Origin: Fistulifera solaris
Lineage: Eukaryota
Direction of reading: 5' to 3'
DNA length: 64,000 nt
Assembly: GCA_030295235.1 (NCBI GenBank)
Contig: AP026151.1
Span: 62,001-126,000, forward strand
Under the pieces are notes generated by a model that made no database searches, was not told the DNA's origin, and saw only the letters and a list, made by a program, of their open reading frames with translations. Below are positions 34,490-48,077 of this stretch, piece after piece (the first letter of the stretch is position 1; each line of letters starts with the position of its first letter). Both the position numbers and the translations under genes were made by a program.

Positions 34490-36927
34490 TTAAGTGGCAA
34501 AGGGATTCGTTGTCGGTGGAGGCGGATCGTCTTTGAAGATGCTCATCCAGAGTCCAGAGTCTAGTAATGAGGCTTCGTGAGCCCCGAAACCATCGTCATG
34601 ACCAAACAAATCATCACCAAGAATCATCGAATGTTTGGTTGTTTCAACATGGGCTGCTTCATGCGACACAGAAGTGCTAGGATGGTAAGTATCGGCAAAT
34701 GGATTTGTTGTCTGCATAAAGGCATCTCCAAACAAGCGATAAAGTGGCGGTTGTTGAACCGAATGGGCACGGGACGGTACCGAGTCATACAGCGGGTGCG
34801 ACGATCCATAGGCATCGGTATTCTGATTGAAACTCAGTGCATTCCGTTGGGTTGTAAGACCATCAAATCCGGGAGGAGGGTTCACTACAGCAACTCGCAA
34901 ACTGGACGACGCGAGAGGGTCCACGCGCTCTAGTTGACGAAGTGGTGGCCGGGGAACGTTCCTTGGCTTTTCGATGACTGGATCTGCATCGGACGTATCC
35001 ATGGGCGCAATTCGAGAGACTGAACCGTGCCCCTTTGCTCCAAGACATAACTAGGGAGAAGTAATTCCGGACCATCGTCAGACGACTTGTGATAGACCAC
35101 AGGGGCATTCGAAGCTTCCAGGGCAAGGGGAGCAGCATGATTATCGACACCATTGGCAGTATTGTCGAAGTCATCGTCATTACATAGTAGCATACCATCA
35201 TCAGAACTGCTATCTCCAACGTTTGATTCGGTATGAATGTAAACATTACGCCCTGCGTCAAACTGAATCGGCCGCGCGAAAGCAAAATCATGGTTATCAG
35301 CCCATTTGCGTCCTAGAGCGAGAAAGCGAAGCACCTTGATGCGATTTTGGTCAGCATTATCGGCGTTCGACTGCACACTAGCACCACTAGTAAGTGTAGA
35401 CGCTGACTCCTGAGCTTTCGCTTTTCCTTTTCGAAGCGAACAAAGCTCTCTGATCGCATCCTCGTCCGAAAGGCGCCCGCACGATGAAATTTCAGGCACA
35501 AACATAGCAAACGGAAGAAATCCACGCAACTCTAAATATTCTTTCAATAAAAGAGCAGTCTCAGTCATCGACTCCTGCCCCGAGTAGGTTGACAGCGTAT
35601 GAATATGGTTCAGAACATCCACAATAGCTATCCAAAATTCCTTTTCAGCTTCCGTATGTAAAGCAACGAGATTGGGCCCGGGGAGGTCATCCTCAAAGCT
35701 CTTCCACTCCGGAATAGGTCGTGTGGAAACGTATTCCGCGACAAGCATCATGGGAACCAAGCAGCGGTAAGACGAGTTCGTTTTCTTCTGCTCTTGACCC
35801 TTGTTTGCGAAGGTTCCCAAAACGCGTTGCACTAAAGCCGTCCCCAACCACAATGTAGACACACGACAGGCCCAAGCCGTTGCTTGCATCATTCGATGGC
35901 TATTCGCTACCGATCCGGAGCGTGCTCGCTCGGCGAGAGTTTCGGAAAATGCATGAATAGTGACCAGTTTACACAGCAGACTGTCACCCAAGGCGGAGTT
36001 TTGAAGGATCTTTGTGAAAAACGTACGGCAATCCTCCATGTGCTGTAAAATGCCAACTTCAGGAATTTCTTCGGGCAAAAAACCATTAAAAAAGATGGAG
36101 TGTAACTCACAAAATTTGGCTAGGAAGTACTTGCTGCTGGCGGACTTGGGATTCGATGAAGCTGACAGCTGCTGCTGCGTTTCATGCTGGTTAAGCCATT
36201 CCTGATTGCTTTCAAATAATCGCGCCAAGTTTTTCGCCGATGTCATGAACGGATCGGTCGTGACCGAGATACTGCGCGCATACCAGTAGAGAGTAACTAA
36301 GCACTGCCCTGTTGGATCTGCTTGTGATAGGACAACAGCCAGCTGATTCATGGCGTGTCCTATACCTGGTCCTAACTGAATGGCCCGATAGTAGGCTTCT
36401 TGAGCTTTTCTGGTGTCCCCATTGTATCGATACAAGTCACCAAGCTGTACGATCATCGGTATCAAGCATTTCATGACCCCTGCCGGTGATTTCGACGCAC
36501 GTGGACGATCTGTTTCATCATCATCGGGCTCATCTTCAGAAGCTTGCGTACCGGAAACTGCAGGGTACGCTTTCATCAACTTGTCCTCCAAAGATTCCAT
36601 CATGAATTTGTATAGACTGATCGCTTCTGACAAAGTCTTGATCAATGCTTTTTCAGCTGTCTCAAAATTTTCTCCTCTGCGCTTTAATTTGTCTCGCGAT
36701 GCACGGAGCGCTCGGATTCGATCGTAAAAACACAGACGCCACAAGCGATCGACAATACCATGCTCACAGGCGAAACTCGAGTCTGTGAGAATCAAATCGG
36801 TAAGATATTCACACACTTTTATACGAAGTTGCATTGCAGCTTTATCATTCGATTTTAGCTGTTTGAGATGGGCCTCAAATTTGAGGGAATCTTCGTGCCG
36901 CTTGGCCAGGTAATCTTCCCGCTGCAT
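34490..36927 (-). CDS. EST1/SMG5-7-like TPR (14-3-3-like) domain protein
   Basis: LWRLCFYDRI, LGDLYRY..A..YYRAIQLGPGIGHAMNQLAV and LYWYARS are typical of the EST1/SMG7 domain. A frameshift at ~35005-35045 links to the low-complexity ORF 34490-35002. Confidence 0.8.
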
Positions 36928-38199
36928 CGTTCTTGCACGCTCCGGCAGTACTATCTAACTTCAGTGTCTCAGCTCCTTTCAAAAATAAAATCGCTTGATG
37001 TTTGGATACGTATAAAAGGATCTAATCTCATGAGCCGGCGAAGAAGGAATCAAGATTCGAAGGCGCTTTCCGGAATAGAAAAAATGCGACGCGTTCAACT
37101 CTCCCTTAAAACAATCCTCGTAGCTTTTCGATCCACAACCAAATAAAGCAAGAACTCAAAGCAAATTGATAATAGATAAAGGAAACGGCGCCTCAAGGCA
37201 ATGACATGAGAATCACCTAATAATCGCATCATGGAGCGCGAACGAAGCGAAAACAAAAGGGAGAGAAAACGGTGTTGCGTCTTGCATCGTCTCTTATTCC
37301 CCATCGATGCAACGTCATGAAAGTCATCTACATAAACATTGACTCGAAAAAGCCACTGTAATGTGTTTAGTAATGAGCGGCTGGCAGCTGAAGAGTAAAG
37401 TCTACTACTCAGTAGTACGGGTGAAGGACAAACGAATAGGCAGCTTAACCTTAACCCTTAACGCTTGTCAAATAGGATTGACGCCGTAATAACAACTAAC
37501 TTGCGTTGTGCGTGTGTGTGTGGGAGTGGGAGGTCGGAGCATGAATGGTCGGAGTGTCGCAGGTACGGAGTATTTCTTTCTCAGTACTTACTGTAGACCT
37601 ACTTCTGTCTAAATTCGTAGAACAAATAAGACTAAACTACGTAGGCGTTGACTTTCAGAAAAATCGGAATAATGCAATAAATACAACGCGGTTATCCCGT
37701 TATCCCATATCCCATCGGAGATTGTATGCTTACGCCTTACGCCAGTGACAAGTGACTCAACCATTGTATTTTGTATTTTCCATTTTCCCGACAGAGACTA
37801 CTACGTACAGACATTATCAAGTCATCGAATGCTGTAAATACAGTAGTATTCAGACATTTACAAAGTTGCCTTCCTTAAGTCTATTGCCCCCAGATTACCG
37901 GGGTCACAGGTCACAGATCAGTTTCCGACAGTAAATTCTTCCTCCCAAGTCCTAAGGTCCTAAGGTTACATTCGACTTCGACCTTATACACGAGCGACAT
38001 GAGACAAAGGCATTAGTCTAGCCTTTCGCCTTTCGCATTCTGCCCTTTGCCGATCTACTGGTCTCCGCTTTCCGCTTTCCGCTTTCCGCTCCTTTGCTCG
38101 CACTTTTCACTTTTCACGCGGACCCCTCCAAAACTGAGAAAACAAAGCTTCTCAAAAGTCCGCATTTGTTTATTTGCATGTTTTACAACAAGTTGGTCG

Positions 38200-38580
38200 A
38201 TGAGTGAATCACTGTGTGCATGCACGAGTCCTTTCGTAATCCCCGCTGATGCTCAAATGGAACAAGAAATTAATTCTTTAAAAGGATCTGAACCGTCCTT
38301 GGCGAAACAATTCCGTGGGTCTTCGAACGATAATGATCGAAATGGTCTTTCATACACTTATGACCAAAGCAATGATGTTGAGCCACTTTCTCGTTCTCGT
38401 TGGAGCGTCCCGAGCAGCGACTTCTTGCCTCCCTTGTATGTTACACTTACTCGATGCGACTCACGAGCAAAGGGAAATCCGAATTGGAAACCCATGGCGT
38501 CACTAGATGTACCGCCTCTCAAGATCAACCGATCTATTTCAGTAGAAAAACCTGAGCGAAGCTCTCAGACCACAATGTAA
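38200..38580 (+). CDS. Small hypothetical protein, paralogue 1 (NPNWKPMASLD.PPL.INR.ISVEK motif)
   Basis: First in-frame ATG at 38200; its C-terminal motif is shared with 39386-39754. Confidence 0.65.
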   Translation: MSESLCACTSPFVIPADAQMEQEINSLKGSEPSLAKQFRGSSNDNDRNGLSYTYDQSNDVEPLSRSRWSVPSSDFLPPLYVTLTRCDSRAKGNPNWKPMASLDVPPLKINRSISVEKPERSSQTTM

Positions 38581-39385
38581 TGACTAATTAACTAAAGATA
38601 TCACTACTCCGTATTTCTCGTTCCACTGATTTTGTTAGGCTGTCAATCATCATTTGTCAAGGAGTCATGCCAAGTCAAAAATGAAGTGCCCCTATCTTTG
38701 GTCGTAAGTATATGGCGGAAAAATGAAGGAGCACTTCTTTTCAGTCAAACTTACAAACGTAGAAGATTTTGTTTGACGGCCAAACAGAGATAGGAAAACC
38801 GAAGGTCACAACAGTCAAGACAAAACCACCATAGGATTGCGCATCATTTTGCTGCCGTCAAGCGTTATCATGCGAACGGACGAGTTATTCTCTAAACTGC
38901 TTGAAAGCTAGCTAGTTTAGCGGTCCTCGCTCATCGCTCTCTCTAGTGTCTCGGTCTCGAAAGCTAAACATTTCACACGTTGTCACGAAGAAAGCGCTAT
39001 CATTCTGAAAAGTATAGAAGAGTGTTACTCCGTATTGCTTAACTTCATGACTACAGGCTGCTTTTCATTGGGTCGTAAAAACTTACACCACTTTAGGCCC
39101 AAAGAGATTTTTTTTTATTTAACAATTTTAACAGACTAAATATTTAATTCCTAATTTTCCTAAAATGCGGATGCATTTTTGACACTCAAGTGAATTTTCC
39201 ACTCCACAACCGTTAACTTCCGAGTATTCTGAGTTCCGAGTTTAAAGTTGGAAGTGTGCAGTGTGCAGTAGTGAAAGTTGAACATCGTCTTTCCCTTCCC
39301 AAAGATTGCATGGCCAATAAAGTCGATTTCGCTTCGAGCTCATTCCAAAAGTGACGAGGCAAATGGCAAACAAAAAAGTCCAACA

Positions 39386-39754
39386 ATGAATCCAACGCTG
39401 AACGAATATTCACGACCTTTCCCGATCATTTTGTCTCTCCACAATGATCGACAAATGAGTTCGCTCACACAGTTTTCGGATTTGTCGTTATCGGAGGAAT
39501 TTGAGGAGGTTTTCGAGAACGATGGACGACAGGGCCGTAACCGATGTGCATTGGGAGAACATTCGCAAGATAAGATTTCGACACGCTGGAATGTCGGACC
39601 AAAAAATTCTTTGCCTAGAGTTGTTGTAAAGCCAAGAGTTGCCGATCATACCTTGCAAGGAAAAAGCAATCCAAATTGGAAACCTATGGCATCGCTTGAC
39701 ATTCCTCCTCTTCGAATCAATCGCACTATTTCTGTCGAAAAATCCAAGAATTAA
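39386..39754 (+). CDS. Small hypothetical protein, paralogue 2
   Basis: First in-frame ATG at 39386; carries the same C-terminal motif plus a shared S.RW.V..LP segment. Confidence 0.65.
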   Translation: MNPTLNEYSRPFPIILSLHNDRQMSSLTQFSDLSLSEEFEEVFENDGRQGRNRCALGEHSQDKISTRWNVGPKNSLPRVVVKPRVADHTLQGKSNPNWKPMASLDIPPLRINRTISVEKSKN

Positions 39755-40576
39755 AAGATAGGAACCAATAGCCGATACTGAGATACTAGGTAACCTTCAC
39801 TCATCCGCTCATTCTTTCTACTCTGCGTGCGTATGAACGTTCGACTCGAGATTTATTTGAAACATGAGAAGTGCGACACAAAGAGGTGCGAGACACTCAT
39901 CTTCGCACTTCGAATCATCGTTGGCGTTGGCAATCCAAAGCAACTCGGAAGCACAATGACACTGGGCTTGTCACATCCTCTAGCTAACGTCTTAGCTTCA
40001 GTCGGTCGTAATTTGCAAGTTTCTCTTTCGTTAGCGAGTGAGTTGACGGTTGAAAGCAAGGGGCAAGATTTTTCGGCAATCGAAAATCGAAACGTGCCCC
40101 TGATATCATTCGTTCAGACATGGTTGAGAGTCATTTGTTTCTAAATATTGAATATTGATTTCGCAATTAATGTAGGAATCTATGGTAAACTTCGTACTAT
40201 TCGTGTCATAGCCCCATGAGGAATATGTGCACGTTTGAAATTTCCGTACTGTAAGTGTGACGTTCGCGGGGAGCGCGTCTCGCGTTCCATCGTAGAAATT
40301 CTAAAGAACGTGGTAGACAAAGATCCGACAGAAATATTCGCTATTTGCGTACAACAACAGCTTATAGATACGAACGATCGTGGGAAGTTGTCGCTGCTCT
40401 TCGTTCGCAAAATGCAAAACTTGTGAGTTTTGTTTGTTGATGTTATAAAAACAAAACGAGAAAATCAAATCAACTGATAAGACTGTTTAAAACATTAAGA
40501 GGGTAAGAATGAAGACACGGGAAAGCGAGAACATGGGAATGTTCCGCTTTGAACTGAATTTTATCCGCTAAGTCTA

Positions 40577-43310
40577 ATGAAATCTTTTTCTATCAGTCAT
40601 AACAGAACTAACAGAACAACAGCGATGACTACTCGAGACAAAGACTTGGACGTAGAGAAAGGAGGAAGTGATGTTCTTCCCGAAGGGCCTACAACAGCTT
40701 CCAGAGCTAGCCACAAATCCTTTCCGCTTTGGAAGATCGCAGCCGCCATTCTCGCGCTTGGACTCGTTGTCTTTGCGATTGCGTTCCCCGTGGCTCGTTC
40801 TCGCGATGATGACAATAACAACACGAACGGTATTTCCGGTACGATTGACACGGACAAGGAAGAGAATTCTCCCTCGACCAGCCAAGCGCGCGAATACACA
40901 TCCAATGGAGGTCCTTTCAATGTAACATTGGGTCTTTTCAGCAAAGAAATTGTCGGTGGATATAGTGATTCGGAGTCCTTGGAGAATGATTTGTCGAATG
41001 CTGCAATGTTTCTTCTCAATGGTCTCATCAAACGAAACACGGGGCAGATGGGAAGCGACAGCGGAACGGATATGCCAGTGGAAAGTGAGGGAGGTCCCAA
41101 GGAGGAATTTGCTGAAGGAGCTCCTGTAGCAGCAGATGGAGGAGCTGGAGATGATACCGCAGTCGGTGACTTGAACGACTTTGGTCAAAACAACCAAGAA
41201 GATGATGTGGAAGAAGGTGACATGATGGTCTCCAACGGCGCGGTCGGTACGTTCATTGAATCGAATTGAGAGCCGGCTTGCAAATCAACTCTCACTTGAT
41301 TGTATCGTGTAGTGTTTGCTGCGTACGGTGGCGAGATTGTGGCATGGGATGCAGCCGCTGGTACATTGTTGACACGTATTGAAATGCCGCCTGTTGAAGT
41401 AGAAGACACGACGGGTGCTGGTGCCGAACCAACAGATGGCACAGTCTCTTCAACAGCAAGATCATCCATGTTGCCAGGATACATGAGCTACACGCCATCG
41501 GTCCGTCACCTGCTGATTGAAGAAGGCAGATTGATGGTGATTGTTGAAGGCTACGGGCAAATGTTCCGCGATGAAATGTTGAAAGCGGACGGCGGATCTC
41601 CGGTCATGTATGACTACAAGGCCACCAACATTCGACTCTACGATATTGTTACACCGGAAGAAGGAGTCCTCAAGTTACACAGCGAAAAGCATGTCAACGG
41701 TCGCTTCATGAGCGTGCGCTCGATCAACGGCAACGCCCATATTGTAACACACTCTGGTTTGGATACTTACACGCACTTGATTGATCCGTACGAGAGTTAC
41801 CAATATCCGGAATTGACCACGGAAGAGTACGTTGCCTTGGTGAAAGAGAAAGCTGGAGAGGAAGCAATTCCGAAGTTCGTCTCTAGCCTGATGACAGAAT
41901 TGAAGGAACCGACTGGAACAATGCCTAGTCTCTTTCGTCTTGCTATGATGCAGTCAGAAGCATCCGATAGCAATGTCGAAGAGCAAATCTTTTCGAATGG
42001 TGTGGTCAACTCTGTGGCATTAGTCTATTCCTTCAACATGCTCGGCGACGATCCGCTCGGTGAACTTGCCATGACGTCTTCGGGGTCCTTTATGGACTCG
42101 TGGTACATTCGCGTGTATTCTTCGGACACCACCATGATCTTGGCGGGTGATGGATGGGAATATGATGCCGAGACTGGCGGATCCACGACATCAACTCATC
42201 TTCTCGGCATCAATCTCAATGGCGCTACTTCGAGTCCTGGTTCCATCGGAACGGTCGAGGGATACTTTTTGAACTCTCATTCGCTTGATGTCGTCAATAA
42301 CGTTCTTCGCATTGCCACGACGGTACAAGACATGATGTTCATTGAGCCGATGCCCTTGGTCATTGAGGAACCCGCTGTAGAAGAACCCGCTGTGGCAGAA
42401 TCGGAGAGCGGCAGTGACGGCAGTGCTAGACGTGTACAGAGTGACGAATCCAGCACCGAAAATTACATTATCAATCTTGATTTGACGGCCACCGACGGAG
42501 AAATGAAAGAACTCGGCCGCGTTCAATTGGGAAAGCCCAATGAAGTATTCACATCCGTGCGCTTTTTTTGACAATGTTGCCTACGCCGTCACCTTTGAGC
42601 AGAAAGATCCGCTGTACGCCCTGGACTTGTCGGACCCCAGCAATCCTTCCATTCTCTCGGAATTGAATGTGACGGGTTTCTCGAGCTACTTGCATTCGTT
42701 GAATCCTCCGGAAAATACTCTTTTGCTCGGCATGGGACAGGAAGCCAACGAAACCGGTTCGATTATAGGCTTTCAAATTTCCATCTTTGACTTGTCCGAC
42801 ACGAACGCGCCGAAACTTCTCCAGCGTCATGTTGTGGAGAATGAGGAGAACACGTATTCGTCCAGTGCTTCTGAATGGGATTTCATGGCGACTCGTGTTG
42901 TCAATGGCCGTCTCATCATTCCGCTCGACATTGATAATTGGGAAGACGAGACCAAGGCTTTCCACGGCTTTGCTGTCTTTACTGTCAGTGAGAATGGCAT
43001 TCAGGAAGAGTGCCGTATTGCTCATAAAGTTCAAACGATGATTTACCCCATGGTGGATGTAGCACCTGACAGCAGTGTTGCGGGTGACAGCGGAACAGGT
43101 GATGCGATCGCAGGTGATGTTATGCCGGGAATGTGCTTTTGTGGTTCTGAACTTCCGCGCCGTTCGATGATCTTTAACGGTAATTTGATGACAACGCAAG
43201 GATCGACCGTAAAGTCGACGGATATGGATACTTGCGCTGGAGTTTGGGAACTCGACGTCTCGAATGAAAATGCAACCAACACAAACTGCTGCGGTTACAT
43301 TGCTTATTAA
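40577..43310 (+). CDS. Membrane-anchored/secreted beta-propeller protein (PF09826/COG4880-like)
   Basis: N-terminal TM helix; NNQEDDVEEGD; LRIATT; GKPNE.FTSVRFFDNVAYAVTFEQKDPLYALDLSDPSNPSILSELNVTGFSSYLH. Intron 41247-41312 and a frameshift in T7 at 42563-42569. The start may be 40625. Confidence 0.85.
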
Positions 43311-43902
43311 GCACGGATAGCCCGGCTCAAAACATTTCTTTCTTTTATATCTTGCATGCATCCTTTTACATTCAATTACATGTGTCATTATCAAAAGATT
43401 AAGCTGTATCCTAGACTAATTCTTTTCAAAATTATTACGGAGTATTCAAGAACTTTTATTATTTGCAATGCGTTTTGCGCACCGACTCATGACTCATTCT
43501 CATTGCAGTCATGACAAAAGTAATCTTCACTTTGGCTCTATAGTGAAACGGAAACATATCTCTTTGTAAAGATTTTTCGGCTTAAAGAATCGAAGCATGC
43601 AACACAAATGATGATGAAAGCATGTAACATCGTGATTGCGACAATCAGTGCTTACAAAATGCAGATTAGATGATTAAATACGTAGGAGGTTAGCGAGAAT
43701 GAAATATTATTCATGACTGAAATGCAGTCGTGGTAGACTTGAAGAATCACTTTGAGCTTTTTGCAGGCATTTTCGAAGTAGTACAAGTAAAGCAGTTGCG
43801 AGACCTAGATCTGATTATAATGATAGACAACGAGACAAATTGGTGAAAAAGCAGATTAACTAGCGTTGCGGCAAAATTTGTTTAGGACTATTAATTCAAG
43901 AG

Positions 43903-45511
43903 CTAAGGTCGCGATGCGTTCTGTCGCGCGACGCGAATACACCCTTGAATGTTGAGAAACCAACAAATAATTTGATTCCATGGATTTCCACCGCTAGGAC
44001 ACGGACAGTCCTTCTCCGACACATTATCGATTGGTCGACAGCCTACTTGCGATTGTGTCCCTAGACCAGCCCAGGTATAAACCGCATCAAACATATCTTT
44101 GCTCATGACTGGGCCGACATTGGCTCCACCAGATCCCCCGGCGTGATTTCCCAATGCTATATTTTCTTTAGTCAACAATGCACTCCCGGACATGCCTCCC
44201 GCAGTATCGCAGTAATATCGCAGGTAATGCGCACCATTTGAGCGAGCTGAGAAAAAGATTAAAAAAATAAAATCTGGTTAGTCGGAGAGCTCATCCAAAA
44301 GATTTTTAAGGCAGCTGCACTTACCAGGTGGAGAGCATGGCCCGGAAGTCGTCATTTCACCTCGTCTAAAGTCGTATGGGTATCCGGTGATTGTAATATC
44401 GGCTATTCGAGGGTCAATGACACCGTTAGATGAGCTAACGATACTATCGATTGCAACGTAGCCCACAATATCCCCTGGCTTTGTTGGGAGAGAAATAATA
44501 GAGTTAGACGATGTCGAGATTCGCAACATATCTGTAAGGATCAAATGAAGAGATACGTACGTAAACTTCATCACAGCCCAAATCCGGTCGACTGATTGGC
44601 TTGTATGTGACCACCGCCATATCAAAATATCTGTTTCGCGTCTCTCTATACTCTCCAAAAGCCGTAGCATAATCCACCTCCCACATTCCGAATGGTTCGA
44701 GATGTTGATTAGACTCCGAGTCAAAGTACCGCCCCGGCGCTATCCGGGTGATGGGCATAGGTCTTCCTTCGTTGTAATTCCATACACAGTGCGCCGCCGT
44801 TAAAGCAGAAGTCCGTGAAATCATGGTTGCGGTGCACGAGTTGTTGCCCCACCTATAGTCGCTAGCACCAATGGCTCGAAAAGGGTAGAGAGTCGTATCG
44901 GGGACGGCTGAGCGTGTATCGTTCCCTATGATAATCAGGTTTCGGTTTTTGACAATAAACTCGTATCCATCCGCAAGACCTTTGTATAATGTGGTGGGTC
45001 CCAAAGTTTCGTTGAGTAAGGAATAGCGCGACGCATATTCATAGCCGTCGCTGGTAATCCGAACGTAATGCCGATCGATGCCCGTCTCCTCCACTTCGTA
45101 TTCGTCATCGAAAGCAGACATATTCTCCAAATTCTCTATCTTTTTGGCGTATCGTGTACGCTTTGTAACGAATCGAAACTCTTCATCGGCAAATCGGGTA
45201 ATAGTAGCTTCATCGATGACTTCCGAGTTCATGACAAAAGCCGATTCTTCCAAGAGACTTTCGCAAGGCCCCAGACTATCCAATTCGATGCCCTAAAAGC
45301 CGATGAGTAAGACGAAAAGGTGTGAAAGGCGAACTTCTGCTCGTGAACCTACCTGACACCAGGCCAAACATTCATTTGCGTACGTTAATCCGTCAGATCC
45401 GCAGACGGCCGGTCCCATTACAAGGGCGTCCAAACTACAACCGGCACTACAATTGTAGTCGGCTCGAGCGAGTGTGAATGAAGCGGCGAGTAATGACCCA
45501 ATTCGAATCAT
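43903..45511 (-). CDS. Kazal + glutamyl-endopeptidase-like S1 serine protease, copy A
   Basis: Four exons; introns 45293-45352, 44479-44560, 44247-44324. VCGSDGLTYANEC; RNL-IIIGNDTR; TAAHC, DMAV, CDTAGGMSGS. Confidence 0.9.
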
Positions 45512-46436
45512 GGCTTTCGTTTGTGTGTTGATTATGAGCAAGAGATTTATAAAAGATTAGATAATGAACGAGAAAAGGTTTCTTTCTTCTTTGCTTGTGA
45601 AAATAATGAGGACTTTCATTCCATTTTTGTTATATCTTATTGTCGTGTTTGTCAAGAATTGGCGACTGTCACTTGTTTAGTACACCATCGATATTTTTAG
45701 GTAGAAGGCGAATGTCGCAGACTCTCGCAGATCGCCAAAACCGTGTCGATCTTTTGTGTTGATCACAAAATAATCGGCCAAGGAAGAATACGACCATAAC
45801 AAACAAAATTTGAGATAGCAATGATATGTCATCGCGTCTCTCCGTATGACAGTGGCGTTTTCGTTGTATTTGCATCGTAGCGTCGCTCCTGTGACTTGGA
45901 GCAGAGAGGAATGGCAAACGCAAACCTCCGTATAGTTCTTTCCGAGTTGCACGCCTCATGAGCCAAAGTCATACGATGACGAGTCGTCCATCCTGTGGAC
46001 TGCACTCGTTATGAAATTGAGTCTCCCATACTGTGTTATCTCATTTTTGGAAGCTCGGAACCGCTGAAGGGCGCAGCATTGTGTTGACGTTGAGAGCTTG
46101 GAGTGAATGTGCGAATTAGAAGAATCGACGGACGACGTCGAGTTCTTGACTGACTCCTCGTCTGCTCAAACACAAAAGCAAGCCATCTCCCAGGCAACTA
46201 TTTTTTGGTTAATTTTCGTTATCATACTCAGTAAAAAAGGAGTAGAACTCTATTCGACGTCAACGAGTAATGGAGGAAAGAGCATGTTTTGGCGTCGACA
46301 AAAATTTCGCTTTACTGGTAAAACATCTCGTCAAAGCGACCAGTCTGTTTTCTGTTTCGGAAAATTCTAATCCGCTGGTATAAACACCGTTGTGAGAGTC
46401 ATCCCGGTGACTCAGCACGGTTCGCAATTCAGCACG

Positions 46437-48077
46437 CTACACCCTCGCTTGAAGGGACGCCAAACACGTTGCAAGGTTGCGGATCCAGCAACGAACGCGA
46501 CTTCTTCGATTGTTGGTGTATTGCGCGCAAGGACAGGAGGTGGGTCGCAACTGGCAATTGAGTGGTTCTTGATTGGCTAGTCCGGCAGTTTGATAAACAA
46601 AATCAAAGTTGATTCGGCTGAACATCACCGCACCATTGGAACTACCAAACCCCATATTGTGAACGCCTAAAATTTGATTTTTGAGTCGAAAGCACTGCAG
46701 ATCCGCTGCTCCCTCCTTCTGTATCACAGTAGTGGAGAATGTAGTTGGGACCATAGCTTTGAGCTTTGAAAAGTAACAAAGAACGTAAGCGAAAACAGCA
46801 GAGCGAGCTAAAAGCGAAGCGATGCTGTACGTACGGGGAGCCGAGCAAAGACCCGAAGTGACCATCTGTTGATTGAAATCGTAAGGATAACCCGTTAAAG
46901 TCATGGTTTGTAATCGCGTATCGGTTACTGATGTATCGGTTCCTGCAACTAGGTCAATGCCCAGGTAGCCGACAATGTCACCCGGCTGTCGTATCAACGA
47001 AAGATACAGTGGAAAAAGCGTCCAAGTGAGAAGAGGCGTTCCATTTAGTCATCCATCACTTGTGCTCAGGAGCAATTGATACTTACGTAAACCTGGGTAT
47101 TGTCACGGCAGGTATAACGTGTGTCGGTGCGCGGCTTGAAAGTAACGACGGCGAGATCCGCCGTCCTGGTCCTGCCATCGATGTATTCTTGCTTCACGGT
47201 GACGTAGTCGACGTCCCAGGTGCCAAACGGTTCCGCAGTGTTGTCGGCCTGCGTAGGATCGATGTAACGAGCCGGTGCTATCCGTGTCATGGGTCTCCAG
47301 CTCCTGGTACTATAATTGTAGGTACAGTGCCCTGCTGTGAGAGCCGATCGGCGCGAGATCATGGTTCCTGTGCATGACGATGGTTGGATGAGATCCAATG
47401 CTCCAATGGTGCGATAGGGAAAAACTGTAGTGTTTGTTATCACAGAGCGAGTGTCATCCCCGATGACGTCCAATGCCCTGTGTCGAAGATTGGTTGAAGT
47501 TTCTTGTGCAATACCCTGATATGGCTGAGTTGATGTCACCTTCGTAGGGGTGCTCGCCTTGGAAATAAATTTGTAGCCCTCGTGAGTCAAACGCACAAGA
47601 ATCTCTGTGGCGGGTACTTGAAGGGGAGAAAAGATATTGGACTCGTCCTCTTCCGATCCTTCTTCTATGATCGGTTCTGTCGAAAATTCGATTTCCTTTG
47701 TAACGAAACGAAAGTTTTCTTTCGCAAACCGATTCATTATTGCACGCGTAATAACTTCCGCGTTTCCAGAGAAATCAGGCATTGTTAATCTATCGGCATC
47801 TCCCGAGCACGGTCCAGAGGTAAATTTTTTGATGCCCTGAAGTTGACGACACGAGTGTTAGGACCGCTAACGACCGCATAGCCGTCACGAGACCACTTAC
47901 TTGACACGAGGCAACGCACCCGTTTACATAAGTAAGCAGGTCTTCGCCACACACTGGACCTCCCATAATAGCAGTATCCAAAGAGCATCCAGCATCGCAG
48001 TTGTATTGTGCAGCAACGCTGGCAAAACAAGAAGCGACGATAAGATATGATGCAATTATGTTCGAGAGTTTCAACAT
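46437..48077 (-). CDS. Kazal + glutamyl-endopeptidase-like S1 serine protease, copy B
   Basis: Introns 47837-47900, 46986-47086, 46764-46834. RAL-DVIGDDTR; TAGHC, DLAV, CDTEGGSSGS. One A-run frameshift at ~46680. Confidence 0.88.

Noticed and set aside
37443..37462. Telomere-like cttaaccttaacccttaac upstream of the EST1-like gene
   Set aside because: Under three degenerate units with no clean CCCTAA array; likely chance.
39827..40426. Short ORFs between the small paralogues and the beta-propeller gene
   Set aside because: No recognisable motifs or splice structure.
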